Part shown: piece by piece, positions 50,972 through 61,219 of the stretch
How the letters are laid out: every line of letters starts with the position of its first letter
Numbering within the stretch: position 1 is the first letter of the stretch
NCBI GenBank assembly: GCA_041746575.1
Contig: JBGTGT010000098.1
Location: 104,729 to 168,728 of the forward strand
Length of the DNA: 64,000 bases
From: Microcystaceae cyanobacterium
Lineage (GTDB): Bacteria > Cyanobacteriota > Cyanobacteriia > Cyanobacteriales > Microcystaceae
Direction: 5' to 3'
Program-made: the position numbers and the translations under genes
The notes under the pieces: generated by a model
What the model saw: the letters and a program-made list of their open reading frames with translations, nothing else
Database searches by the model: none
What the model was told of the DNA's origin: nothing

Positions 50972-51196
50972 CTAAGCAGAAAGAGGATAAGAAAAAGCTA
51001 CTCGATGAGATTGAAAGTCCATCATCATAGCGGATTTACTGGTATAAGAAACGCCCCGATAAACTAAATTAGTCTTAAACGTAACAGCGACAGAAGCCGA
51101 ACGTTGGTAAGATTGACCGCGATAGGTAAAAGATTGAGAATTAACAGCAGGGGTGTTAGAAGAGGTATAAGCTTGTCCGCGATAGGTTAGTTGCAT
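50972..51196 (-). CDS. DUF4278 family small protein
   Basis: Three (L/F)-x-YRG-x-x-Y repeats; RBS GGAG. Confidence 0.8.
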   Translation of the reverse strand: MQLTYRGQAYTSSNTPAVNSQSFTYRGQSYQRSASVAVTFKTNLVYRGVSYTSKSAMMMDFQSHRVAFSYPLSA

Positions 51197-51320
51197 CGTG
51201 TTTGTCTCCGTTGTTTTTCTTGATGCTTACAGTATGTCCCAAGTCTCCGACAGAAAAAATACGGTTTTGTTAAGGAAACATCAGGAAAAATGTCAGGAAA
51301 GTTCAGCATTTATTTGTACT

Positions 51321-51415
51321 AACGTGAGTTCGACGAAGCCTAAATTTAACGAGATATAGTGTTTGGCGACTTAATGAGGTATATGATTGATGATAGGGGT
51401 GCAAGGTTGGCACCC
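51321..51415 (+). repeat. Solo MITE terminal repeat adjacent to a REP-like element
   Basis: AACGTGAGTTCGACGA at 51321; 51374-51415 matches 590-631 at 37/42. Confidence 0.65.
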
Positions 51416-51446
51416 GAAGGTGTATTTTTAGTTACTTTATTTTTTA

Positions 51447-52070
51447 TTAACCCTTACCCGATTCCTTAGCAAGGAGGATTAAAGCATTTAAAATGGCCGA
51501 GGCGACGGCAGAACCCCCTTTTCGTCCATTGACGCCAATTTGAGGCACAGATAGCTCTTTTAATCTTTCTTTTGACTCTACAACAGAAACGAAGCCGACA
51601 GGAACACCAATGACTAAAGCCGGTTGAATCTGAGCTTGGGAAATCGCCTGACATAGAGCAAGTAAGGCAGTTGGTGCATTGCCAATGATATAAACGCCTT
51701 GGGGGTAGGCTTCAAAACAACGCATCAATCCTGTTTCTGTACGAGTTTTACCCGTTTCGGCTGAATCAGCTTGTTCAATGGCTGTGATAATCAGATTGTT
51801 GAAGGTTTTCTGCACAAGCGTCAAAATGCCCTGCTTGACCATCGTTACATCGACAATAATAGGAGTCTGTTGACGTAAGGCAGTGATTCCTTGAGTAATT
51901 CCCTTATGGGAAAACCAAACAAGATTTAGAAACTCAAAATCAGCCGTAGCGTGGATAATTCGCCGTGCGATCGCATATTCTGCAGGATCTAAAAGATGAT
52001 TGCCTACTTCTTTATCGATAATCTCAAAGCTTTGGCGTAAAATCGGATGATTTAAAGAAGAATCAGACAT
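51447..52070 (-). CDS. cobH: Precorrin-8X methylmutase
   Basis: RIIHATAD, IGNAPTAL, PVGFV and GRKGGS motifs. Confidence 0.95.
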   Translation of the reverse strand: MSDSSLNHPILRQSFEIIDKEVGNHLLDPAEYAIARRIIHATADFEFLNLVWFSHKGITQGITALRQQTPIIVDVTMVKQGILTLVQKTFNNLIITAIEQADSAETGKTRTETGLMRCFEAYPQGVYIIGNAPTALLALCQAISQAQIQPALVIGVPVGFVSVVESKERLKELSVPQIGVNGRKGGSAVASAILNALILLAKESGKG

Positions 52071-52144
52071 GAACATTAGTTCGGGTAAAGAAATCAAGCA
52101 GAGGTAAAAAGACTATAAATCAATTTTACTATCCCTAATTCTCT

Positions 52145-53047
52145 CTAAAGACCTAATTTATGCAAAACAGTCTGAGTAGAAATAATATGACGCTCTAATC
52201 CTAACGCTTTTGGCTCAATACCCAACGCTAACCCAATCAATTGGGATAAATGTAAGACGGGGATCCCTAACGATTTCTCAATCACTTTTTCTACCTCAGG
52301 TTGTCGAGAATCCAAATTCAGGTGACATAAAGGACAAGGCGTTACGAGACAATCTGCCCCTGCATCTATGGCTTCTAATAGGTGTTTTCCTGCCATTTTA
52401 AAGGATTCTTCCGTGGCGTAGCTCGATAACGGCCAGCCACAGCATTTTGTTCTACCTTGATAGTGAATGGGGGTTGCGCCCAGAGTACGGAAGACATCTT
52501 CCATAGATTGAGGAGCAAAAGGATTATCATAAGGTAAGGTTTCTTGCGCTCTGAGTAAGTAACAACCATAAAAAGCGGCGCATTTTAACTCCTCTAGCGG
52601 AAAAATAACTTTTTTCTCCAGATTTTCTAAGCCATAATCGGTGACTAACGCCCATAATAAATGTTTAACGTCTGTTATGCCTTGATAGGGGGAACAGTGT
52701 TCTTTCTCTAAGAACTTGTTAACTTTCGTTAAATAGTCAGGATTATTCGTCTTTGCGTGCTTCAATCGTTCATCTACATGACCAATCACGCCCTGACAGG
52801 TACTACAGTGGGTTAACAAAGGCAAATTGAGGGATTCCGCCAAGGCAATATTACGAGCATTTACCGTATCTTCTAAAAGTTGAGATTCTTCTTTGAATGT
52901 GCCAGAACCACAACAAGATGCTTTTTTTAGCTCAATTAGCTCAATTCCTAACGCTTGCGTAATGGCGTCCGTTGATATATACAATTCTCGGCAAGCACCT
53001 TGAGCCACACAGCCGGGAAAATAGGCATAGCGAAGTTGAACCATCAT
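52145..53047 (-). CDS. HdrB-like CCG-domain protein (cyanobacterial succinate dehydrogenase anchor type)
   Basis: YFPGC, CCG, CSTC, YGC, second CCG and CPLC motifs. Confidence 0.85.
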   Translation of the reverse strand: MMVQLRYAYFPGCVAQGACRELYISTDAITQALGIELIELKKASCCGSGTFKEESQLLEDTVNARNIALAESLNLPLLTHCSTCQGVIGHVDERLKHAKTNNPDYLTKVNKFLEKEHCSPYQGITDVKHLLWALVTDYGLENLEKKVIFPLEELKCAAFYGCYLLRAQETLPYDNPFAPQSMEDVFRTLGATPIHYQGRTKCCGWPLSSYATEESFKMAGKHLLEAIDAGADCLVTPCPLCHLNLDSRQPEVEKVIEKSLGIPVLHLSQLIGLALGIEPKALGLERHIISTQTVLHKLGL

Positions 53048-53299
53048 TTAAACGCTGTTCTCCTGAAGCGAGCAGTGAGATATTTTAAGATCCTTACTGT
53101 TCTTGATCATAACGGTTTTGCGGAAAGACGAGGTAAAAATGGCAAATTTCTTAAAGCCTGTGAGTTTAGGGTATGACAATATGTGAATTAATCCTGAAAA
53201 TACCTAGATTTTTTTAGGGAACTCTATTATCCTAAAGATCGTCTGGGTAATATTTGTCTGTAATTTATCCAAAAACAACATTAAAGTGAGGTTATTGTA

Positions 53300-53872
53300 G
53301 TGATTAATAAACTTCAAGCCGTTTCAGGACTGGCTTTAGCGGTAACTGTAACTGCGATTGCGATTGCACCCGTCAAAGCAGAATCGAAAGAAACCTTAAT
53401 CAGTCAATTACGGGGCTACGAATTCTATGTTCCTATTGAGGTTTATCAAGACGACTGGCTACAGTGGAAATTTACCGAAAATATCGTTGTAGGCCGTGTA
53501 GTGGCTAAAGTCGGCGATATCTGTACCGTCCGTCTTATTTCTCCTACTGATGTAGAAATCGGCCGGTCGTCTGGACTGGAACATCTTGGCTGTGGTTGGG
53601 AAACCAGTGCGGGGGATGATGTAATCTTGGGTTTTGATGATACTGGCTGGACAATATTGGACGAAGAAGTATATGCTGTACTCTATCGTACTGCCTTACC
53701 TCGTTGGATTACCCGTCTTGACCTCAAAGAAGAAGCAGAAGTCCAACGGACTGCCATTGACTGGGGTGATAACCGTGAAGTCGAACTTCCTCCTTTACGT
53801 CCTCAAGCTGCCACTCCTGTCCCTGCTCCTGTTTACGAACCTGAGCCTGAACCCATTCGAGGTATGTGGTAA
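53300..53872 (+). CDS. Secreted hypothetical protein with Pro-rich tail and C-terminal RGMW
   Basis: Signal peptide ending VKA; C-terminus EPEPEPIRGMW; own terminator. Confidence 0.7.
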   Translation: MINKLQAVSGLALAVTVTAIAIAPVKAESKETLISQLRGYEFYVPIEVYQDDWLQWKFTENIVVGRVVAKVGDICTVRLISPTDVEIGRSSGLEHLGCGWETSAGDDVILGFDDTGWTILDEEVYAVLYRTALPRWITRLDLKEEAEVQRTAIDWGDNREVELPPLRPQAATPVPAPVYEPEPEPIRGMW

Positions 53873-53925
53873 TATTTGTTGTTTGTTAAAGTTTTTTTAA
53901 GGACTTTCAAACATTCATTATTACA

Positions 53926-53968
53926 GAGCGTTGCTTGATTAAAAAGTGGCAACGCTTTCATTTTTTTT
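53926..53968 (+). terminator. Intrinsic terminator
   Basis: GAGCGTTGC / GCAACGCTT stem followed by a T-run. Confidence 0.7.
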
Positions 53969-54092
53969 AACGTCGTTATTATAACATTAGGTGAAAGATT
54001 AATGCGCACTCTCAATTGAGCTTTATATTCCCTGCTCTTTAAGCTTTTAGAATTTCTAAAAATTTGGACTATCGCAAGTTAGAGCATGCTGT

Positions 54093-54962
54093 ATGTTTAA
54101 AACACAAATGACAGATGATGGTTCTTTAACCTTTTTTTCTTTAGAGTTTGACGAATATTTTCACTCTACTTATGGCGCGAAACAAGAAGCAGAAAAGAAA
54201 TTTATTGAACCTTGTCAGTTATTAGAAAAAGCTCAGAAAAATAACCAGATTACGATTCTCGATATTTGCTATGGACTCGGGTATAATAGTGCGGCGGCTT
54301 TGGCTAGCATTTGGTTAATTAATCCTCAATGTCATATTAAAATTATCGCCTTAGAAAATGACATAAATGTGCCTTTGCAAGCCCTTAAAGAACAACTATT
54401 ATCCCAATGGACTGACCCTATTCCTCCATTACTTACAGACTTTATCTCAAAAAGATCAATTCGTAAAGCTAACTTTGAAGGACTTTTTTTACTGGGAGAT
54501 GCGAGACAAACCATTCAAGACGTATTGACTCAAAAGGTTAAAGCAGATGTCATCTTTTTAGATCCCTTTTCCCCTCCCCACTGTCCTCAACTCTGGACAG
54601 TTGAATTCTTAAAGCGGGTAGCAAATTGTCTAGAATTAGACGGATATTTAGCGACCTATTCCTGTGCCGCTTCCGTCAGAACAGCTTTACAAATGGCAGG
54701 ATTAAATATAGGTTCAACCCCTAATATCGGTCGTAAAACACCGGGAACAATTGCAAGCTTTCAAGTTGATCATTTACCGCCTTTATCTTTACAAGAAGAA
54801 GAACATTTAAAAACCCGCGCCGCTATTCCTTATCGAGATCCCACTTTAACGGCTACGACCTCAGAAATTATCGAAAAACGCCAACAAGAACAACAAACAA
54901 GCGATTTAGAACCCACCAGTCGCTGGAAAAAGCGTTGGTCAAAGATCACCACTCATTATTAA
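54093..54962 (+). CDS. MnmC-type (MnmD domain) SAM-dependent methyltransferase
   Basis: T-x-DGS-x-T, FHS-x-x-GA, D-x-CYGLGYN, FLDPFSP and LWT motifs. Confidence 0.88.
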   Translation: MFKTQMTDDGSLTFFSLEFDEYFHSTYGAKQEAEKKFIEPCQLLEKAQKNNQITILDICYGLGYNSAAALASIWLINPQCHIKIIALENDINVPLQALKEQLLSQWTDPIPPLLTDFISKRSIRKANFEGLFLLGDARQTIQDVLTQKVKADVIFLDPFSPPHCPQLWTVEFLKRVANCLELDGYLATYSCAASVRTALQMAGLNIGSTPNIGRKTPGTIASFQVDHLPPLSLQEEEHLKTRAAIPYRDPTLTATTSEIIEKRQQEQQTSDLEPTSRWKKRWSKITTHY

Positions 54963-55068
54963 TTTCCGTAAAAAATCGCCTCAATTCTCAAAGAAACGCT
55001 ACTATAACGATAGGATGGGAAAATTTTATCATTAATCATTCTCTGTTCTGCTTTAGGATAGTAAACGC

Positions 55069-56046
55069 GTGAATATTTTCGGTAGCTCTGATCCCGCTCA
55101 AATCTTAATCGTTGACGATAATCCCCATAGTCGTCTCTTATTGATGGATTTATTAAAAAAAGCGGAAGCGGATTACAATTTGCTTGAATTTGATGGGTTT
55201 GGCTCAGTTTTTGCTAAAATTCTGGAAGTCAATCCCGATCTCATTTTACTGGATATCAGGTTGCCCGAAGACAATGGATTTGATATCTGTCAACAAGTCA
55301 AAGCAGACCATCGGACGCAAAATATCCCCGTCATTCTGATGACAGTAGATGCGGATAATCAAGCACGTTTAAAGAGTCAAGAGGTTAAAGCAGAAGTTTT
55401 ATTAAGCAAACCCTTAGAAAAAATGGTTTTACTGCCAGAAGTTACCCTCTTAGTTCAAAGAAAGCGACTTTATGAGTGGTTAGAGCAGATTCAGCAAGTG
55501 TTATTCTTGATAGCAGAAGCGATTGAAAACCGTTATACGAACGGAACGAGTTCCCGCACCCGAATTGACCAAATTGCTCAATCTTTTGGACATTTTCTGA
55601 AACTTTCTCCTGTAGAAATTAATGATCTCATCCTCGCGTCTCATCTTCATGATATTGGCATGGTCGTGATTCCTGATTCAGTATTTCTCAAAAAAAACAA
55701 GCTCACCTCCGAAGAACGAAAATTAATTCAGCAACACGTCTTAATCGGGGAAAAAATTTGTAAACCGATGCAGAATCGCCGAGGGATCGCTCAAATCATT
55801 CGCCACCATCATGAAAAATGGAATGGAAGTGGTTATCCTGACGGATTAAAGGGGGAACATATTCCTTATTTGGCACAAATCTTTCAAATTCTTGATATTT
55901 ACGACGCCTTAACCAGTGAACGTCCCTACAAAAAAGCATTAAGTTCTCAAGAAGCCTTAACTATTCTTAAAGAAGAAAAAGAAAAAGGATGGCGTAATCC
56001 CGATCTTGTAGAAAAATTTGCTGCTTTTATGCAAAATTATCCTTAA
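55069..56046 (+). CDS. Response regulator with HD-GYP phosphodiesterase domain
   Basis: Receiver domain (VDD, LLD), LHDIG, HHEKWNGSGYPDGL and ERPYK. Confidence 0.9.
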   Translation: MNIFGSSDPAQILIVDDNPHSRLLLMDLLKKAEADYNLLEFDGFGSVFAKILEVNPDLILLDIRLPEDNGFDICQQVKADHRTQNIPVILMTVDADNQARLKSQEVKAEVLLSKPLEKMVLLPEVTLLVQRKRLYEWLEQIQQVLFLIAEAIENRYTNGTSSRTRIDQIAQSFGHFLKLSPVEINDLILASHLHDIGMVVIPDSVFLKKNKLTSEERKLIQQHVLIGEKICKPMQNRRGIAQIIRHHHEKWNGSGYPDGLKGEHIPYLAQIFQILDIYDALTSERPYKKALSSQEALTILKEEKEKGWRNPDLVEKFAAFMQNYP

Positions 56047-56052
56047 ATTATT

Positions 56053-56916
56053 ATGAAAATCGCAGTTTTAGGCACGGGTTTGATGGGGCAACCCCTTGCT
56101 GAACGTTTATTAATAGCCTCTCTTCCCGTCATTGTTTACAATCGTACCTTAAGTAAAGTAGAAGGCTTAAAGTCCGCAGGAGCAACGATAGCTGAGACCC
56201 CCTTAGAAGCGATCGCGACAGCAGATACGTTGATTTTGATGTTAAGTGATGCAAAAGCGATTCAATCGGTGATTTTAAGCCCAGAAACCACCCCTGCTTT
56301 ACAAGGTCGCACCATCATCCAAATGGGAACGATCGCTCCCTCACAAAGTCAAGGAATTCAGCAAAAAATCCAAGAAAATGGCGGCAGTTATTTAGAAGCT
56401 CCTGTTTTAGGTAGTATTCCTGAAGCAAAAGCCGGATCGTTATTGGTGATGGTGGGTGCAACGGTCAGTCAATTCGAGCAATGGCAGAGACTTTTAAGTT
56501 ATTTTGGCCCAGATCCGCAGTTAATTGGAGAAGTCGGAACAGCTTCCGCCTTAAAACTTGCACTTAATCAGTTAATTGCCGCGTTAACCAGTGGCTTTGG
56601 CTTAAGTTTAGGCTTAATCGAGCGTCAAGGAGTAGATATTCAGAAATTTATGGGAATTTTACGAAAGAGTGCTTTATATGCTCCAACCTTTGATAAAAAA
56701 TTGCCCCGAATGCGTGATCGCCATTTTACTAACCCCAATTTTCCGACGAAGCATTTATTAAAGGATGTCGATTTATTTTTAAGTCAAGCTGAAAAAATGG
56801 GTTTAAATACGCAAGGATTAACGGGAATTCGAGAAATTATTGCGAAAAGCATTGACTTAGGTCTTTCAGATAGCGATTATTCCGCTTTATATCAGGTCAT
56901 CAACAACAAGCCCTGA
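56053..56916 (+). CDS. NAD(P)-dependent beta-hydroxyacid dehydrogenase family oxidoreductase
   Basis: G-x-GLMG, YNRT, EAPVLGS, KL-x-x-N and KD motifs. Confidence 0.9.
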   Translation: MKIAVLGTGLMGQPLAERLLIASLPVIVYNRTLSKVEGLKSAGATIAETPLEAIATADTLILMLSDAKAIQSVILSPETTPALQGRTIIQMGTIAPSQSQGIQQKIQENGGSYLEAPVLGSIPEAKAGSLLVMVGATVSQFEQWQRLLSYFGPDPQLIGEVGTASALKLALNQLIAALTSGFGLSLGLIERQGVDIQKFMGILRKSALYAPTFDKKLPRMRDRHFTNPNFPTKHLLKDVDLFLSQAEKMGLNTQGLTGIREIIAKSIDLGLSDSDYSALYQVINNKP

Positions 56917-57070
56917 GTTAGGCAACCGTTTTATGATAAACTCACCCTACCGCCCTTGCCCCCTTTTCCTTTGAAAAACCTCAGTTTGCCAAACGATAGT
57001 TATTGCTTGAGGTTTCAAAGAGGATTAGAATATTAAGCAAATCCTAATGAGAGATTACCTTAATACACGT

Positions 57071-57265
57071 ATGACACAACGCACACGGTTGGGAGATATC
57101 CTAAAACCTTTAAACTCTGAGTACGGTAAAGTCGTCCCCGGTTGGGGAACAACCCCCCTTATGGGCGTTTTTATGGCTTTATTTCTTGTTTTCTTGTTAA
57201 TTATCCTACAAATCTATAACTCTTCTATCGTTCTCGATGATTTCACCGTTAATTGGGGTGGCTAA
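57071..57265 (+). CDS. psbH: Photosystem II reaction center protein H
   Basis: [28 protein letters not shown]. Confidence 0.97.
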   Translation: MTQRTRLGDILKPLNSEYGKVVPGWGTTPLMGVFMALFLVFLLIILQIYNSSIVLDDFTVNWGG

Positions 57266-57324
57266 CCATTAGCCCCGTTTTCATAACGATTTTTGTGCAT
57301 AGATCCCTTTTTACTCGTACCCTG

Positions 57325-57346
57325 ACCCGGTTTTTCCGGGTTTTTT
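57325..57346 (+). terminator. Intrinsic terminator after psbH
   Basis: ACCCGG-TTTTT-CCGGGT-TTTTT. Confidence 0.75.
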
Positions 57347-57436
57347 GCTGGTAGCGCAGCGATTGCAATTGTTGTGTTGAGCGTAGAACATCCTATAATT
57401 AAGAATAAGTGAATCTCAACAGTAAGTGTTTTCTTT

Positions 57437-57712
57437 ATGAATATTTTTGGTATTGGTCTCCCTGAAATGGCTTTAATTATGGTCATTGCCCTTTTAGTTT
57501 TTGGTCCCAAAAAATTACCCGAAATTGGCCGTAGCTTAGGCAAAACCATTCGCAGTTTTCAAGAAGCTTCTAAGGAATTTGAAACCGAATTTCAGAAAGA
57601 AGCCCAAAAACTAGAAGATTCTGTACAAATGAAAGCACAATTAGAGGAAAATACTGATTTAGCAGAGATTTCTTCTTCAGAATCCGTTGAACCTTCATCT
57701 AAAGAAACCTAA
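57437..57712 (+). CDS. tatA: Twin-arginine translocase TatA/TatE subunit
   Basis: FGIGLPE...FGPKKLPEIGRSLGK. Confidence 0.93.
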   Translation: MNIFGIGLPEMALIMVIALLVFGPKKLPEIGRSLGKTIRSFQEASKEFETEFQKEAQKLEDSVQMKAQLEENTDLAEISSSESVEPSSKET

Positions 57713-57823
57713 ACCGATCACCCCTACTGATCGACTTTGTTAAAAATCTTAAACATTCGGTTTTCCCCTTTTTTCCTACTTAAACTATTGAGTAATAACC
57801 ATCACCCATCAGGAGGTTCGTCA

Positions 57824-58444
57824 ATGAGCGAAAAGAATCCCTATGAACAATTGGGAGTAACTGAAAGTGCGTCTTTTGAAGAGATTCAATCGGCAAAAAC
57901 GCGTCTGTCTCAAGAATACGAAAATGATCGTGAAATTCTCGAAACGATTGAAACAGCCTACGATGCGGTGATTATGGATCGACTGAAAATGCGTCAAGAA
58001 GGCCGCATAAAAGTTCCTGATCGTATTCGTTTTCCTGAAAAAACGACCCCCCCTCCGACGCCGACTCTTTCTACTCCCTCTGTCGAAACCCCCTCTTGGT
58101 TACAACGTTTGATCGACACACCTTCCAAGGAAGACATCCTGTGGCCGTCAGGGGTTTTTGCTGGATTAGGGGCTTTTGCCCTCTTAGCGCAGAGTCCTTC
58201 TGTACTACCCTTACTATTAGTTGGGGGTATTTTTGCCAATATTATCTTTATTAATCGAAAAGAAAACAAATCAGGTCGTGCTTTTCTAATTACGATTGCT
58301 GTTTTAATTTTAGGGATTAGTCTAGGCTCAATACTAGGGGGAGTGCTAATATCATCTGGGTTAATGATTGAGGGAAGTCAAACCCAAATTTCTGCCCTTG
58401 TTACTCTTGTTTTCTTTGGGATAAGTAGCTGTTTTTTACGATAA
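57824..58444 (+). CDS. CPP1-like (J-like, DUF3353) membrane protein
   Basis: NPYEQLGV-x-E-x-ASFEEIQ, AYD-x-x-IM-x-RL and C-terminal TMs; AGGAGG RBS before ATG 57824. Confidence 0.85.
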   Translation: MSEKNPYEQLGVTESASFEEIQSAKTRLSQEYENDREILETIETAYDAVIMDRLKMRQEGRIKVPDRIRFPEKTTPPPTPTLSTPSVETPSWLQRLIDTPSKEDILWPSGVFAGLGAFALLAQSPSVLPLLLVGGIFANIIFINRKENKSGRAFLITIAVLILGISLGSILGGVLISSGLMIEGSQTQISALVTLVFFGISSCFLR

Positions 58445-58572
58445 TCTAACCTCAGTTTGAGAGAAGAGATTATCATGGGTGATTGGGTGTCAGCGGTAAG
58501 GGATGAGGAACACCGGGTAATGGTTGAAGTCGAACGCCTCAAAACCCAGAACCTAGCCTTTACCCGATTTTC

Positions 58573-59997
58573 TTATAGGGACGGTTCAGGCAATAACCCC
58601 CTCATTTCCTCTAATTTCGCTACTAGACTAATTAAAACCGTTTCTTGTGCAGGTTTTCCCACCAATTGAACCCCGATGGGTAATCCTTGTTCATCTAATC
58701 CCACCGGAAAAGCGATCGCCGGTAGTCCACTGGCATTAAAGGGAGGACAAGGCGCAACCCAGTTAATCATCTGCTCGATGGTTAATTCAGGGGATAAATG
58801 ATCCCACTCCCCGATGCGGATGGGAGCGTGAAGATTCACCGGTAGCAACAAAACATCGTATTGCTGAAAAAAAGCAACAATTGTCCGAGAAATAACTTGC
58901 ATTTTTTTAACGGCTCTTAAATATTCCCCCGCTTCGTCTGTCTGTTTAGCCAAATATTGATTTAAAGGACTCAACATTTCCAAAGGCAGTCCTGATGCCG
59001 CTACCCCCGCTTGCCAAATTTGTCTAAATGGTTCAATCAATCCATCGGCGGCTTGAAAAACGACAGTTTCTAAGTGATGACCTAAACTTTCTAGCTGTTT
59101 CCCCACCTTTTGCAACGTTGCTTGAATAGGTGGAGAGGCCGAGGGAAAAGGATAAATCGTATCAGCGATCGCAATATGTAAAGAAGGCAAAGATTGCTGG
59201 GTAGATTCGAGGAATGAAATCGTTGGCTCAGGCAACCAATAAGGATCACCAACCACATAACCGGAAATTACATCTAATAAAGCCGCCGCATCTGCTACCG
59301 TTCGCCCTAACGTACCGTTGCTAGCAATTCCATTTTGATAATCTCCAATTGGCGCATAAGAAACCCGTCCCCGTGACGGTTTAATCCCCACTAACCCACA
59401 ACAGACCGCCGGTGTCCGAATTGAGCCTCCGCCATCCGATCCTTGAGCAATTGGACATAATCCTGCCGCTACAGCCGCGGCCGCTCCACCACTTGAGCCT
59501 CCTGGAGTATAATCTAAATGCCAAGGGTTACGGGTAGGAGGAAAGTGGGGCGGTTCGGTGTAGGGAAACGATCCTAGCTGGGAAGTGGCCGTTTTTCCGA
59601 GGAGAATAAATCCAGCCCCTTTGATTTTGCTGACAATAGCTTCATCATAGTGGGGGATATTATCGGCTAGAAAAGAAACCCCATAGCGACAGGGCATGCC
59701 AGCGACGGCATTTAAGTCTTTAATCGCAGTGGGAACCCCAAAAAAGGGGGGTAAGTCTTCTGGGTTAGGACATTGGGCTAAATATTCGGTTTTTCGTTGA
59801 GCATCTTTGAGGGCAGATTCGACGGCAACATGGTGAAAACTGCCAATTTGGGAATCAAATTGTTCAATCCGTTGTAAATAAAATTGGGTTAATTCTAAGG
59901 GAGAAATTCGTCTTTGGCGAATCCATTTGGCTAAGGTTAACGCAGGGGTAAACGGGGAAAGATTGCTCATTTGAAAATTCGGTAAATTCTCGATCAT
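58573..59997 (-). CDS. Amidase signature family protein
   Basis: IKD, GGSSGG and GSDGGGSIR motifs. Confidence 0.92.
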   Translation of the reverse strand: MIENLPNFQMSNLSPFTPALTLAKWIRQRRISPLELTQFYLQRIEQFDSQIGSFHHVAVESALKDAQRKTEYLAQCPNPEDLPPFFGVPTAIKDLNAVAGMPCRYGVSFLADNIPHYDEAIVSKIKGAGFILLGKTATSQLGSFPYTEPPHFPPTRNPWHLDYTPGGSSGGAAAAVAAGLCPIAQGSDGGGSIRTPAVCCGLVGIKPSRGRVSYAPIGDYQNGIASNGTLGRTVADAAALLDVISGYVVGDPYWLPEPTISFLESTQQSLPSLHIAIADTIYPFPSASPPIQATLQKVGKQLESLGHHLETVVFQAADGLIEPFRQIWQAGVAASGLPLEMLSPLNQYLAKQTDEAGEYLRAVKKMQVISRTIVAFFQQYDVLLLPVNLHAPIRIGEWDHLSPELTIEQMINWVAPCPPFNASGLPAIAFPVGLDEQGLPIGVQLVGKPAQETVLISLVAKLEEMRGLLPEPSL

Positions 59998-60692
59998 GAC
60001 AAATTATGGTTAACTGAAATAAGTGCCTCGAAAAGTTTTCGCCCGTCTGTTGCTCCTAATAAAGGGTCAGCCGCTCGTTCAGGATGGGGCATCATTCCTA
60101 ACACATTACCCTGAAGGTTAACAATTCCCGCAATATTATTTAACGAACCATTGGGGTTACTATCTTCGGTCATTTTTTCGTTTTCTGAACAATAGCGAAA
60201 AACGACTTGCTGATTGTCTTCTAATTGCTTTAAGGTATCATTGTCTGCATAATAACGCCCTTCTCCGTGGGCAATGGGTAAGGTTAAAATCTGATTGGGT
60301 TGATAGGCTTTTGTCCACGTTAAATGATTATTTTCCACTTTAATGTGAATACGATCACAAATAAAATGGAGATCTCGATTGCGAATTAAAGCCCCCGGTA
60401 ATAACCCTACTTCTGTTAAAATTTGAAAGCCGTTACAAATGCCAATCACAGATTTGCCAGCTTTGGCATGATCGATCACACTTTGCATAATCGGCGAAAA
60501 ACGGGCGATCGCCCCACACCGCAAATAATCGCCATAACTGAAACCACCGGGGATTACGACCACATCAATATCTGATAAATCCGTATCTTGATGCCAAATC
60601 AGACGAGTCGGTTGAGAGAATAACCCATCCGTTACTGTCACAATATCGCGATCGCAATTTGATCCCGGAAAGACAACCACACCAAATTTCAT
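59994..60692 (-). CDS. purQ: Phosphoribosylformylglycinamidine synthase subunit PurQ
   Basis: FPGSNC, GGFSYGD, GICNGFQ and MPHPER motifs. Confidence 0.97.
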   Translation of the reverse strand: MKFGVVVFPGSNCDRDIVTVTDGLFSQPTRLIWHQDTDLSDIDVVVIPGGFSYGDYLRCGAIARFSPIMQSVIDHAKAGKSVIGICNGFQILTEVGLLPGALIRNRDLHFICDRIHIKVENNHLTWTKAYQPNQILTLPIAHGEGRYYADNDTLKQLEDNQQVVFRYCSENEKMTEDSNPNGSLNNIAGIVNLQGNVLGMMPHPERAADPLLGATDGRKLFEALISVNHNLS

Positions 60693-60751
60693 GACCTTTA
60701 AGAGTTAATCGTTAATAATGGATAGTGAATCGTTGATTTAGTTGAAATTAA

Positions 60752-61039
60752 TTATTGATTACTATAATTTATTGTTGTAGTAATAGGAGTTACTTCAAAA
60801 CAATAATCTTCGATGACGGTATTCGCTAAAAGTTGATCGCACATTTGATCCAGTTGCTGTTTTACATGATTTTCATCAATGGCAGTGAAATAGAGTGAAA
60901 TATATTTACCGATTCTCACGTTTTCAACACCATTATATCCCAATTGCTTTAAACCAGACTCTACCGCCGTTCCTGCCGGATCTAAGACAGAAGGTCGTAA
61001 GGTCACGTATATTCGACAGTGGTATTTTGAGGTCATCAT
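60752..61039 (-). CDS. purS: Phosphoribosylformylglycinamidine synthase subunit PurS
   Basis: LRPSVLDPAG, VRIGK and LLANTVIEDY motifs. Confidence 0.95.
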   Translation of the reverse strand: MMTSKYHCRIYVTLRPSVLDPAGTAVESGLKQLGYNGVENVRIGKYISLYFTAIDENHVKQQLDQMCDQLLANTVIEDYCFEVTPITTTINYSNQ

Positions 61040-61219
61040 TTTTCGCCTAAGACAATCAGCATTCATCATAAATCATTTTTATGACCTAGATGGTACCAAG
61101 ATCCTGCGCTCAAAGGCGATCGCTGAGGGACTTAATGTGTAATCTGAAAGATAAGGGCTGAAAAATAATAGCTTAAAATAGAAAACACACTAAATTAAAA
61201 TTAAAGGGAGCATTCTTTC

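Noticed and set aside
51197..51320. Glutamine riboswitch upstream of DUF4278
   Set aside because: The CGTT...GGAAGT...GAAG-x-AACG core is not seen on the coding strand.
57262..58669. Short ORFs 57262-57549(-), 57994-58269(-) and 58457-58669(+), and similar short overlapping ORFs elsewhere
   Set aside because: They overlap or are antisense to well-supported genes and show no recognisable features.
59994..61039. purS-purQ without purL as an anomaly
   Set aside because: Separation from purL is ordinary in cyanobacteria.
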